Made by a program: the position numbers and the translations under genes. From contig MQRK01228891.1 of the NCBI GenBank assembly GCA_001938485.1, forward strand, positions 94,178-158,177: DNA of 64,000 nucleotides, in the 5' to 3' direction. Position 1 is the stretch's first letter. Each line of letters starts with the position of its first letter. Origin of the DNA: Girardia tigrina (taxonomy: Eukaryota). Positions 13,574 to 26,100 of the stretch are shown here, in pieces. The notes under the pieces are model-generated. The model saw only the letters and a program-made list of their open reading frames with translations. It did not search any database and was not told the origin of the DNA.

Positions 13574-14530
13574 ATTAGGGAATTAATATTTTAAAAATAT
13601 AAACATAAAAAAATCGAGGAATTTTTATAAGTAAATATATATTAAGAATGCTGCCATTTCTAAAAATATTTGAAGTACATTTAAAACGGATCGAGTGTTA
13701 GGGCTGAACTGGATGAGCGGACGAGCACCGATGAATTCAGAGAAGATTCCTGGAATAACGGTGCTTTCTCTGGCAAAAGGAGTGGAGGAGAACATCAACG
13801 GTAAAAATTAAATTACCGGATTCGGATAGCAAGAGTTTGCACACAAAACATTCAAAGAGATTACAAATAATTTTTTAATATATGTAAATTTATATGTATA
13901 TATAAGATACAAAATTCGTACTTCCAAAATTTACAGTGCCTTTCAGCCATCGTAACAGGGTGAAATTCTGTAAGCGTTTTTAGAAATGCTTTCAGGGTTA
14001 CAACAAAAAACTAAAATGATGAAAAACTTTTTTTACCTATAGTTTATTTTTAAATGAACAATATTTTTTTTACTATTCTATTTAGAATATCCGTTTATCT
14101 ATCTGTATTAATTATTTATCTTTATATTTATCTATATAATAAATTAATATTCATGATAAGGAGTGCAACGTTTCTTATGATTCAATATTTTTCAAAAAAG
14201 ATTTTTTTACAATTTTTCCTAGGCAGAGGACTAAGAAAAATGATCAATTCAGGTATAAATAAATATAGAAATATAAATTTAGTTCCAGAGTAATTCATAA
14301 GGGTCGTTTGCCCTCGCCAAGTCTGAATGTCTATTAAATAGACTTAATAATTAGGGTACGAATTTTTCGATAAAAACTAGTTATCTAAAATTCTCCTTAA
14401 TATCCAATTTCTTCTGTCTTTGATTTTTTGCCAAATTTTATGATAAAAAACGACGTAAAACTGCAACTGTATAAGATAATTAATGATTCCTATAAAAATT
14501 CCATTATATTTCGGAAAATCTTTAAATGTG

Positions 14531-15317
14531 TATTAAGAGCACTGACACAATTACTATGCAAACATTTATTACTTTACATTTAGAGTCATCACAACTCTTG
14601 GAAGTTCCTTCACTATTTGTCATCGCTTTAATTAGTGTTATTTCTGAATTTTTTAATAATGCTTATTTAAACAAATTTCCTAATTTTTCAATAACATTTA
14701 TTATTATTTTAACTTTAAAATTTTTCATAAAATTATAAAATAACTAGTAAATGATCCGTCGTGTATGACGTTTATTTAAAGTATTTTACTTCTTCTATAT
14801 ATCAAAAAAGTCAAAAAATTGTGTTACTGACAATTACCAACCGTTACCGACAATCGACAATCGTGCAATCGGTTATCGTGCTTTTATATTAATGGGAAGT
14901 GAGTTAAAATTGCAAAAAAAACAGTTTAAACATTTGCAGATAATCGTTTAAACATTAGTGTTAGTCACAGAATCAGCTTCAGAATTAGGCTTTTTTATTA
15001 ATAATAATTAAATTAATTTTTAAAATTATTCAAACCTCTAAAATGTCTTTCATTAAAATATTAAATATGTTTGTTTTAATTTTTGAAAAATATTACTTAT
15101 AATAGAAATTACCCTAAATTATTACTTTTTAAATTTTAGTTTTATCAGATTAGTAAATTTTTATTCATTTTAAAAATGTAAATTCTGTTCGAATAATCAG
15201 TTATTGCAAATATAATAAAGTACCAATTTTCCAATTTAGTTAGAGAATCATCATTCCAATTACAGCACACTCAAATAAACACACCACATCCCTACACAAT
15301 TTAAAATATTCCTCAAA
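14531..15317 (-). mobile_element. TG...TA solo-LTR-like element (longer copy, probably with a nested insertion)
   Basis: Ends TATTAAGAGCAC and AATATTCCTCAAA; flanks ATGTG/TTGTG (4/5 TSD). Confidence 0.6.
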
Positions 15318-18300
15318 TTGTGTTTTAGAATGAAATGAAATGAAGGCTGATCAAAACATAACTGGATCAAGTGTAACTGGAAGTAGAGATGGAATATGTG
15401 GTAACTCGACTACAGAGACGTTTTAAAAACACGTAAAACACTTGATTTCTTCAAAAGACTATTTAGCAAGCAAATTGCAGATCCAAACTAAAACATCTGT
15501 TACAAAAACATTATATATATAATTTTACTGCTTTTTTAAAGAAAGAAGCAACAAGATGTCTGAGTGATCTGTTTAACATGCTTTGGAAGTATAACATATT
15601 ATTATACAAAAAAACGAATTTTGTCCCTATTACCTCCATGAAGAAGTATACAAATAATACGAAAGAAATATGTTGATATTCTTAGAAAAATGAAATCTAA
15701 TTCCTACTATTAATTGTACAATTTACATGTAATATACGATACATCATGTAACAAGTTAAGCATATGCTTAACATAAAGGGTGTTAAAAATAAGAGAGAGA
15801 AATCAAAGACATTTTTTTATTAAGACAATTTTACAGACCATTTTCTTTATACATGAAGTTGTTATTGATCCAAGAAAGATTCAAAATTCGGATGGAGCAA
15901 AACTCATTTTGTATATTTCTTGAAGTTCTCAGAATTTAGTTTTTTAAAAGAAAAGTTTGTACATTTAGAAGTTGCGAATTGGCTTTATAGAATAACCAGA
16001 TCCGAACTGGGGTCTCGCAAGGATCCTGATTTAGCTTTTTCTACATCAAAGGGACAGAAATGTGTATTTCAAAGTAAAATTCGTCATGCCCCTGTAGTAT
16101 ATGATTTAATGGATCTTGAGAGTCTAAAACTGCATATTTATATAAAAAAGGATGTTTTTGTTCATTAGATAAAAATTTTTGTCGACTGAACACATGTGTC
16201 CTTATTATCATGTTTTCCTTGCTGACGTTTGAAAGGACTATTAGCCATATGTTACGGAAACTTATCAATTTTATTTATAGTTTGATCATGCTGACATTCT
16301 CCAAGGATACTCCGACTTTTAAGTTTATTTATATTTGAAAATATAAAAGAAATAATAAAGATATGTAATAAATGAAAGAGTTTTCTTCTTAATGTATTCT
16401 AAAGGACGATTGGAGAGATAAAATTATGCGATCAAAGGTTTACATGTTTTGCGAAGATCAGAGAAAGTGGTCTCAGGGACATGTGGGATCTATACCAACG
16501 AAATGTTCTTTTATTTTATCATAAAATTCATAATTATTCAATAATTAAATTAATATATTATTAGACAGTTTTAAAGAGTCATATATTAGCATTAGTTCTA
16601 CAAAGCATCCCCCACAAATATCAATGGCAAGAATGAAATATATTAATAATATTTGTAATCAAATGTTTCTTGCAATCATGTATGATGATATCTAATTATA
16701 AATACGTATAATATTACATAAAAAATAATGATTATAAATAAAATATTAAATTAAAATTTTAATATATTTACAGACTTCGCAACATTTTTCCGTCACAGCA
16801 GTCGTACCAAAATACGCCTCCGTCTGAGCAGGTTTATTTATTTATTTTTATATTATTTGTTTTCATTGAAAAGTTTCAATTAAATATATTTTATAAATAA
16901 GTAATAAAATTTTTGTTACAATTAAACATTAATTATTAAAATACGTTTTTGGTTACATTTTCGAAGAAAATTATTAAAAATTATTAAAATAATAATATTT
17001 AATAAACATAATTAATATATAATTAGAGATTGAACGACAAGTTAATATGAAATAGTAACGATCCTTTATTTTTTTATTTGGATGATGTAGAAATAATTCA
17101 ATAATTTCAATAATTTTAATAATTATAATTTTAAAATATTTATAATTTTTTTTCGTTTCATTTAATAAAAATTAAAAAAATCATTTAATTTGAATCTAAA
17201 ATTTATTCGAATCTAAAAAGAACATCCTCCCGGTTGTGGGATCAAATAGAAAAGAATTTAAATTAAGAAAAATGTAAAATTTAATTATAATTTTATTATT
17301 TTTAGTATTTGGAACGTATTTTAAATTATAATTTATAACGAATAAATTTTTGCACTTTTAAAGAGTTTTTCATGGAATTTATAAATTGAGTTTTTATTTA
17401 TAATTTTTTTTGTAAAATATAATATATAATATATGATTGCTTTTTCCTCGACTGGCTTTAGCTATTTCTGGTACCGACTTTTTGCTATGTTAATACGTTA
17501 GACCAAGGAAGTATTTAAAGTCAAAACTCCAATGTCATTTGAAACCATTGGTAAAGTGTTAACATCAAATTAGTGTTAGACCTGGACTGAACTTAATAAA
17601 TATTGTATTTGTTGGTATCCATAATGCTTCATTTTATTAATGCTTTTTAATCATATAATTATTATTTAGTAATATTTTTCTCAATAAATTGAAAAAAACA
17701 AGATAACAATATTGAGACAATTCTCATTTGAATCTTTATTGCAATTACATTTAGAGTCATTACAACTCTCAGAATGTCTGTCATCGTTTGCCATCGCTCT
17801 AATTGGTTTCGTATTTTTTATTTTTAATCATGATTGTTCGAACAATTTTTCTAAATCTTTTAAAAATACATAATTTTTGAAATATTAATTAAAAATAATA
17901 ATTTAAATCATTTCTAAATAAAAACACAAAATTTTAAAAAATGTTATCAAATTATTAAAATGACTTTAATTTAAGTTTTATTAAATTTATTTAAATTTAA
18001 TTAAATGTTTTTCTTTTCTTAAAAAATATTAAACTTAATTTAAATTGCTAATTTAAAAAATAAAAACTTATTATTTTAAATATATTAGAATAGTCAGAAT
18101 AGAACATTTTAAACATTTTTGTATGGGAAAAGATTTTTTTTACGAACGGATCATAAAGCTATCACTTTTATGATGACTACGAAAAACCCTATTACACCAG
18201 TTTCAAACATGGATAAATTTTGAAATTGAAAATAATTAGTATGAACTCAGAAATATATTGATCAAGAAAAATGTCAAATAGTGAATGCGCTTGTGATATT

Positions 18301-18739
18301 AATAAATGTTGTAAATCTCATATTGATGCTGTTAATAATAGTAAAATTCAATTCATAAGTCATACTGATCAATTATATTTCCTCTAAATCATACATTCTT
18401 AATAGAATGCGCGTTAATGTTTCTTTTTACACGTTACGATTTCTTTATATCTTAGTTTTTTGAATTTTCAAATACGGAGTATTTTTCGACGAATTTTTTT
18501 CGTTCATTCTAATGTGTATCACAAAAGTAAACCATTCAATATCTTTTTGCTTCTACATATGGGTAGTTTGTAAAAACTAGTGAATCATTTGATGTGGCTC
18601 AGCAATACACATCAATTTTAACTATATCAGCATGTCTAAAATTCGTCCGGAAGGCCTAAACTAGTCAATTGACTGATTTTTAGTGATCGCTGGCCCACAA
18701 AAAATATTTACTAAATCAAATAAGTAACAGTTAATTGAT

Positions 18740-18955
18740 TAAAAACAAAATGCATCCATTAAAAAAATATATTTCAAGACAACATATTTCGACGAATCAA
18801 CAGCTATCTTCAGGTCACTGATTAATTAAGAAATAAAAAAAATTTAAATAAATTCATCTGTAAAGAAATACAAAATAATAATTATGTAATCGATTGCATG
18901 AAATCATGCTAATCAAAAATTTTCAATAAGCTGGTTGATACTGCCGATTGAACAT
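18740..18955 (-). mobile_element. Penelope-like 3' end with hammerhead-like motif
   Basis: Inverted homologue of 10860-11070; reverse complement reads gac-CTGAAGAT-agctgttgattcgtc-GAAA-TATG-TT-gtc. Confidence 0.65.
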
Positions 18956-19549
18956 TTAGTATTAGTCCGCAACAACTTATTAATTTCCATAATTGGCACG
19001 TAAACTTTGGATACCTTTGATTTCTATTTTATGCATTCCACCGATCAGATTACTACTTATACATTAAATATGTAATTCACCTTGAGCATACTCTACAAAA
19101 AATATCATTTCTCGTTTTACATTGATTCAAGCAGTTGTCGGTAGCTTCAATCTATCATTTTCGACCTAGAAGATCAAAATCCTCTGTTTTCTTTGAATAT
19201 GGTTTGATTAATGATTGACTTCTTTTTTTAAACACGAGAAGAATGGCTTTTCCTCCTCAAAATAAAACCATTTTTGATCACAAAACATTTAATTGAATAA
19301 TATGCGAATTGTTCCTCGAGGGTTCTTCCCCTATAAGTAGTTGTTATTTAACAAATGATGGAAATTAATAAAATATAATTCGAAATTTTAACCCTTTAAA
19401 TTTGAGCATATTCACTTTTTTCCATCTTTGATTTGAGGTCATTTGTATTGCAATAAAAAAATTGTGAAAAAAATAGAATTTTATAATTTTTTGTTTGTAT
19501 TTCACATTATTATTTTATTTTTACTTAAAATGTTTTTTATATGTTTCAG

Positions 19550-20129
19550 TGCACAAGTTCTCCACAAAGAGGCTTCAATCAGTTAATCCAGGAATTATTA
19601 TCCACATATCAAGATCAACAAGAAAATTTATCACAGTTAACCGTGAAATACAATTTTCTATTAAACGCAATGGAAAGATTACTTTTCGATGTACAAAACA
19701 ATGTTGAATACTCTTTATTGGCATTGGGAATTTCTCAAACTATAAATAAAGTGAAGCATAATCAGATCAATCAGTTAAATCAGCTCAATTGTGCTTCTCT
19801 CATATCAAATGGGGTCATACCTATGATCAACCAGTCCCACCTGTTCAACAACTGCACCCAGTTGTCGAGCACCCCTTCAGACGTCACACCGACTTCTTCT
19901 GTCATAGATTTGACAAATCAAAGAACGAAATCTGAGGCGACAACCGCGATGGCATCAATCATTGACAAAAAACTTGATTCAACTAAAATAGATTTTCATA
20001 ACAGCTCAAATTCTAAGAAGATGACAAGTCTGGACAAGCTTGATAAACTAATCGACGAGACTGTCAAGAAGTCGACAAACAGAATTCCCATTTCTGACGA
20101 CAGTGCGCACAGTCCGGCCTCAAAATCTC
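19550..20129 (+). CDS. cux: cux exon: N-terminal coiled-coil-like and Ser/Thr-rich region
   Basis: Acceptor tttcag at 19544-49 after a pyrimidine tract; donor gtaagt at 20130. Phase 1 matches the next exon (C+AA=Gln). Heptad-like QLIQELLSTYQDQQENLSQLTVKYNFLLNAMERLL. An in-frame ATG at 19541 is an alternative start. Confidence 0.75.
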
Positions 20130-23100
20130 GTAAGTGTATTTGGTAACGCAGGCAAATGAGGGATATTTATGCAAATTTAATTACGAGAGGCTTTTCAAAT
20201 TGAGAAAAGAAAGTTATTTACTAATTTGAAAGATTCTTTTTTTGTGGGATTTATTTAAGATAATACTAATAATGAAAGGATTTTTATTTTCAATGCGTTT
20301 CGTTTGTTGAATTATATAGCGGGAAGTATTCAATGTTCTTGAAGCCCGGGGGATTTTGCGTACATTTCCTTAGCGTCGAAAGAGTCTCTTTTGTCTGGAA
20401 CATATTTCGTTTTAAAACCTAAAATTTCTTTAGTAAATAAAAAAAAATCACTGAAAAATAATCGTAAAATTGAGGAATTTCCAAAAAGATTGCCAGATGT
20501 TTTCGATAATTATTCTTCTGTCTGACTTTGCTTGAAGTAAAACAATATGGTATAAGTTTTCAATCTGATTCGAGAATGAAAAATTTATATTTTTTATGAA
20601 TAAATAATTAATAGTGGAATGAAATGTAATATTTTCTGTATCCTCCTACCCGACTTATTTTAATCCTGGTTCCGTTATAATTTAGGGTGGTCCACAGATT
20701 TATTTTTTACGTTTTGAAAAAGATTTTTAAAAAAATTCCATAATATTAAAAATATTTTCCTGTTATTATTTTCTAAAATTAAAAGATAATTTGTAGAAAA
20801 GAAACCCTTAGTGGAGGTACCATAAGACCCTTATACACTAAAACAATTTTTTGTTCCCGTTCTCATTGATAGAATCACTGGGTTCATATTTTAAGTAAAA
20901 TGGTCTTAGTGAATGTCAACTGTTTTTATTTCTGTTACTACATATTATGTTAATTATTATTTTTTGTCTCAATTCTTTTATTTGTTTTCATATGAAAAAT
21001 GTGTTACGCTAGATTTCGTTGTATTTTCGGTAAAAGTCAAAAAATATTTATTTAAGATATGTCACTAAGTTATAAAAACGTTAAATATAAAGCAATTAAT
21101 ATAATATAATAAAATATATTTAAATAAAATATCCGTACTTCAGAATGGCGCTCTGAGAATGTTCGATGAGAGACGATTTTCGGCCAATAAAATACGAAAA
21201 ATCTAAATAAAAACAAGTTAATAAAAAGTCTAGTGACAATTTAAGCGCAATTTCCTTATGTTATTCGGTGCCCAAATATTAAAACGTTTATATCAGTATT
21301 TGACTATGATTAATTTTTTGTNNNNNNNNNNNNNNNNNNNNNNNNNNNNNNNNNNNNNNNNNNNNNNNNNNAAAACTTTCTTCGGCAATATTGTTCTAAA
21401 TTATTGCAGGAATCGATTGGTAAATGTTTCAAGTCGCTAAGTGGTCTGGTTGCCGAGATATAGGCCAAAAACTGCATTTTTCGAGGTTTTCTGGCTTTTC
21501 CGGGAAATCCAGGAAGGAATTCCGGGAATTTTTTTGGCCCACAATCATCCTCCGAATTTGCTTAACATATTTGCTTTTGGAACTAGCCCTCGATATTGCT
21601 TCGTTGAGGAGAAGATACGACTTAAATCTGCGGACACACATCCACACAGAAATAACCAATTAATAATCGCAATTGTCAGTATGGAAATTGCGCTAAAAAT
21701 AATAAAATAATTTTTAATTTTTAAATTATTTAATTTTTTTTAATAATTAAAAAAAACAATACAAGTTATTTATAAAATAAAAATGATCTGGCGATACACT
21801 TAAATCTGTTTTTATGCGATTTTTTGTGTGATCTGATATAAAAAATTAAATTATGAGATCGCACAAAAAATCGCACAAATATAAATAAAAAAGACCGCAT
21901 AAAAATAGGATTGAGTGCATAAAATAGCTCAAAATATAGTAATAATTTTTCAAGCTTCAAATCACTATGAAGAGAAAATTTTATTTCGAACATACTTTTT
22001 AAATACGAAATTTCTGAAATGAATTTTTTTGGGATCATGTTACAGAGACGTCCATAAAATTACTTATGTTCAAGATAACCAAAAAAAGTTTCCATATCTA
22101 AAGATGTCTAAAATTTAAATATGTTAAAAATAAGAATAAAACTTTTAATAATAAGTTTATTCAATCCAAAAGCAAATTTATTAATTTTTTATAAGAACCA
22201 CCAGAAATATTATCTCGCAACATAAACTGTAATTTAATGGATGAATTATAATTTGTTTGAATAATATATTTTTTGTAAATCGAAAAAATCATCTTATTTT
22301 AAACACATTTAAATAATCCCGCACAAATTCCATTTAAACCCCTTTCATTTTCTTACAAAACCGTTTATTCATATTTCCATAGGATTCTACATTCTGGGCA
22401 TAAACACCTATATCGAACTGAATCAAGTAGCATGTTCATATCCAAGAATGTTAAGATATGATTAGGCCCTCAATCCATATCTGTGAATTAGTCATACCAA
22501 ATAATTGGCTTTTAAACAGTCGATGGCCTATTTGGCACGATACACATTATAACTCTCTAACTTGATAATACCAATAATTCTTCCATAAGGGGTTCGTACA
22601 TTCCAAAAGGTTAGTAACTTCTGAAATAAAATAAACACTAATTTGATTTCCAATAATTTTATTGGCATCACAACTCGAATTGCCTCCAGGACAATTATCC
22701 ACAAAACTTTTGTAGTTAGAGTAAATTATTTGAACAAAATTAAATTACAATTCCTTACTAAAAAAATTAAAAAATTTTTCAAGAAATATTTTAATTCATT
22801 TAGATACCTTATTTATAATTAAATTAATATTTACGATACAATCAACTATTAAAATAATTTAAATCCCTTTTAAATTGATTTAAAATATAGTAATTTAATT
22901 TTAAAGTTGTTATTTACATTTCAAAATTGTCCGAATAATCCGACGGTTCACAACATTCAAAATATCGATCTTCCTTCTGGGTGGAAGGAACACAATCCTA
23001 AAACAACATTCCAAGCACAACATACAATAAACGCCATTCCAAAATATCCTTCACACTTTTTATATTAAACGGAAAAAAAGACCATCATTTTCTTAAGACA

Positions 23101-26100
23101 AAAAATTATGTATTTTGTGAAGTTATTTCGAATTATTTAAACTTATAAACAATAACAAAATAAAATATTATCTGAACATAATAAAAAATATTTAAATTTC
23201 AATAGCTAAAACAAATGACAGGTTTTAATTATAACTTAATTAATTAACAATATTCAAAACTCTCAAAAACTATTTAAAATTATTTCAATAAAAATAATAA
23301 AAATAGTAAGGTGAAAACTTTGAAAATTGATAAATGAAAATATGACAAACAATAACAGCTGAATAAATATAATGAAACTCATTGACTGGCAGTGACAATG
23401 GGCCGACAATTCTGATGGAAAAATCAAGTTAAAACTTCTTTTATCATGAAGTGACTCTAGTACTCCATGTGTGGAATTAACCCTTTAAGGATGATCTCAA
23501 AAAATAAACAATTATGTAAAAATATAAGTCATGCCCATAACAGTAACGTAGATTCTTCCAATTCTCTTTATTTGATTCAATTTTCTGTTCTTTCACAGAG
23601 TAATATAAATAAATTCCGGACATCTGTACAAAAATGATAGGGTTTCTGAAAGTTACACAAGGTTTTTATTTTGCAATAATGTAAATCATAATAACGAATA
23701 ATAGTTAAAGGTTAAAAGCTTATTCGCCATGATAGTCATATAAAATGTTATTGATTCAGGCAACAGAGTTCTGATAATGCGCTTTAATAATAATAAAGCA
23801 AAATTGTTCGGGGTTTTTGTGAACTTTAAATTTTTGAAGATTTAAAATGTAAACCCATATTTATAGTTAAAATAAGTTCAAATAATTTTTACATTAGGTT
23901 TTAGAAAATCAATTTTAAAAGGAAAATTCTTATTAAAATGAATTTTTATAAGTGAAGTTCAAAATCAGAAATAAATATTTTTATGAAATTAATTTTACAC
24001 TGGAATTTATATTTAAAAATATTTTTAAATAATATTTTAAAAATCAAAAAAGGAATAAGTATTTTATTAAATTAATTTTACATTAGAATCCCATTAAAAT
24101 ATTTTATAATTAAAGGTTTAACTAGTATATCAAAAAATTAAATTTTTTATATCTATTTTTACGCAGACAGAACTCTACTTTGCCAACAAAGTTTTTAAAA
24201 TTAAAAAAAAATTAAAATATAAAAAATTTTAATTAAAAAACACATTAAAAATTAATATAAACTACTTATAATTGTACTACTACTTATATAAGTAGATATG
24301 TTGCAATTAATATTGTTCGTTAACTCTGAATTTTCCGTTTTTTCTCATTTTGGGATCTTAAAAAAAATTTTCGATCAAATTTTTACATAATCATTTATTG
24401 TCATCGAGAATGAGTAAGTGTGCAAATTTTGGAGAAAATTGATTGAGTAAAAAGCCTTCAAAAATAGGTTTCTAAATTCATTGGATATATATATATATAT
24501 TTACCTATATATAAAAAATGGAAAAATCATATTTAAGTTTTATTAACAACATCACAATTTGAATGTAAACATTTATTGACAACACAAACAGATTTTTCAC
24601 AACAATTGTCAGTAAGCAATCTTTCTTTGATTGATGTAGCTTTTGTTTATGTATTCAAATCTAAAAAAACAATGAATGGGAAATATTTTAATATTAACTT
24701 TTAATTTCTCATAATTTTATTGGTTAAAAAGGCATTACATAATAAAAAATAAACATTAATTTTTAAAATATATTAAATTTAATAAGTTAAAATCGTTTAC
24801 TAAAATATTATTAAAATTCATAATTATAAAACTTTAATTAATTAGTACTTTAAATTAATATCATTAAATTAATTTCATTAGATTCAAATAATCAATCAAT
24901 AAACATATCAATCCCATCTGAGTAGGAGAGTCACAAATCTAAACAGCATACAAACAAAAAACTTACAACATTCCAAATTTTCCCTCACAAGTTTAATAAA
25001 AACTGTAAAAAAATAAATGTAATTTATACAAAACTTTACCAAAATAAACTGAAAATATTGTTCCTCATAAATTTATTTGTATAATAGAAATTTTAGTAGA
25101 AATAAAATTTAGTCATGAATCTTGTTCTTAATCTCGAACCCAATACAAAATAATAATACTTTACTGAAAAACTTGGATATGAAGATGCTATAGGAGCACT
25201 GTGATAGCCAAATAATTGTTAATCAAATATCGCGTTTTTGTTAAATTTAATTCTATCTTTAAATCATTATCTGAATAATAAGCCTCCCCTGACTGTTACG
25301 GATAACTGTGTATTACAAATAATACTCATCATTTGCGCACAGGGTAGTGAATCATAGACTCTGTATCGGGTCGAAACAATTTGAAAAATACAAAGTTTTC
25401 TGATCCTCTCACACGGCTTCAGATGCAAGAGTGCGAGCTTTCAATGCACGGGCACGCTTCGGCTTCCCTCTGAGAAATGACCAATCGTGTTCCTTCGTTC
25501 CGTGATTCAGGAGACTTCTGGCTGTATGAACGCACTTAGTGCAACAGGCAAATGACCCATGAAACAATCCCTTATCCGTTATATTATACAGCCGAAAATT
25601 CAGCACCACACTACGGTTTACTCTTGGACAGTCCTCATCAGTTACACCGACAGACACTGGTATATCATGTTCCGCGTTCAAGTTCAAAGGTCCATTACGT
25701 ATTTCTGTTTCTTCTCTTTGTACTACTTGGATGTCCGTAGTACCATTACCGTGGATTCGATGATCAATTAATAAATGTCATTGTAGCCATCCATTAGTTT
25801 TATAAGTTTTGTGGCAGTTCTCCATGGGACATATGAATGAACCATCACCTCTCTGGCCCATCGGCACCGTGGTCAGATACACATTCTTAATGTGTCTTGT
25901 AAGTTCATTCTGCTAAGAAAATTCTTTAAAGCAAGAATGTAATGTGCAAGCTAATATTTTGATGCGCGGCTGAAGCATTTTCAGATATTCTTCTTTGTGT
26001 TCGACTGCCTCTTTCAGTCACTCAGATATGTTTCCTTTGATAAGGTGTTTCAATTCGTCATCATTTTCGAGAAGCCCTCTTTCGTTTAGGCTTTCCCTGT

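Noticed and set aside
15900-16500. Possible decayed RT fragment
   Set aside because: Only vague motif resemblance (PFDVEK); could not be assigned.
21372-22040. Cluster of overlapping short ORFs next to an N gap
   Set aside because: No domains; looks like non-coding repeat sequence of undetermined class.
25170-25385. Two hammerhead-like hairpins (atgaagatgctat...atagccaaa; gactc...gggtcgaaac)
   Set aside because: Core nucleotides are missing in both; too degenerate to call.
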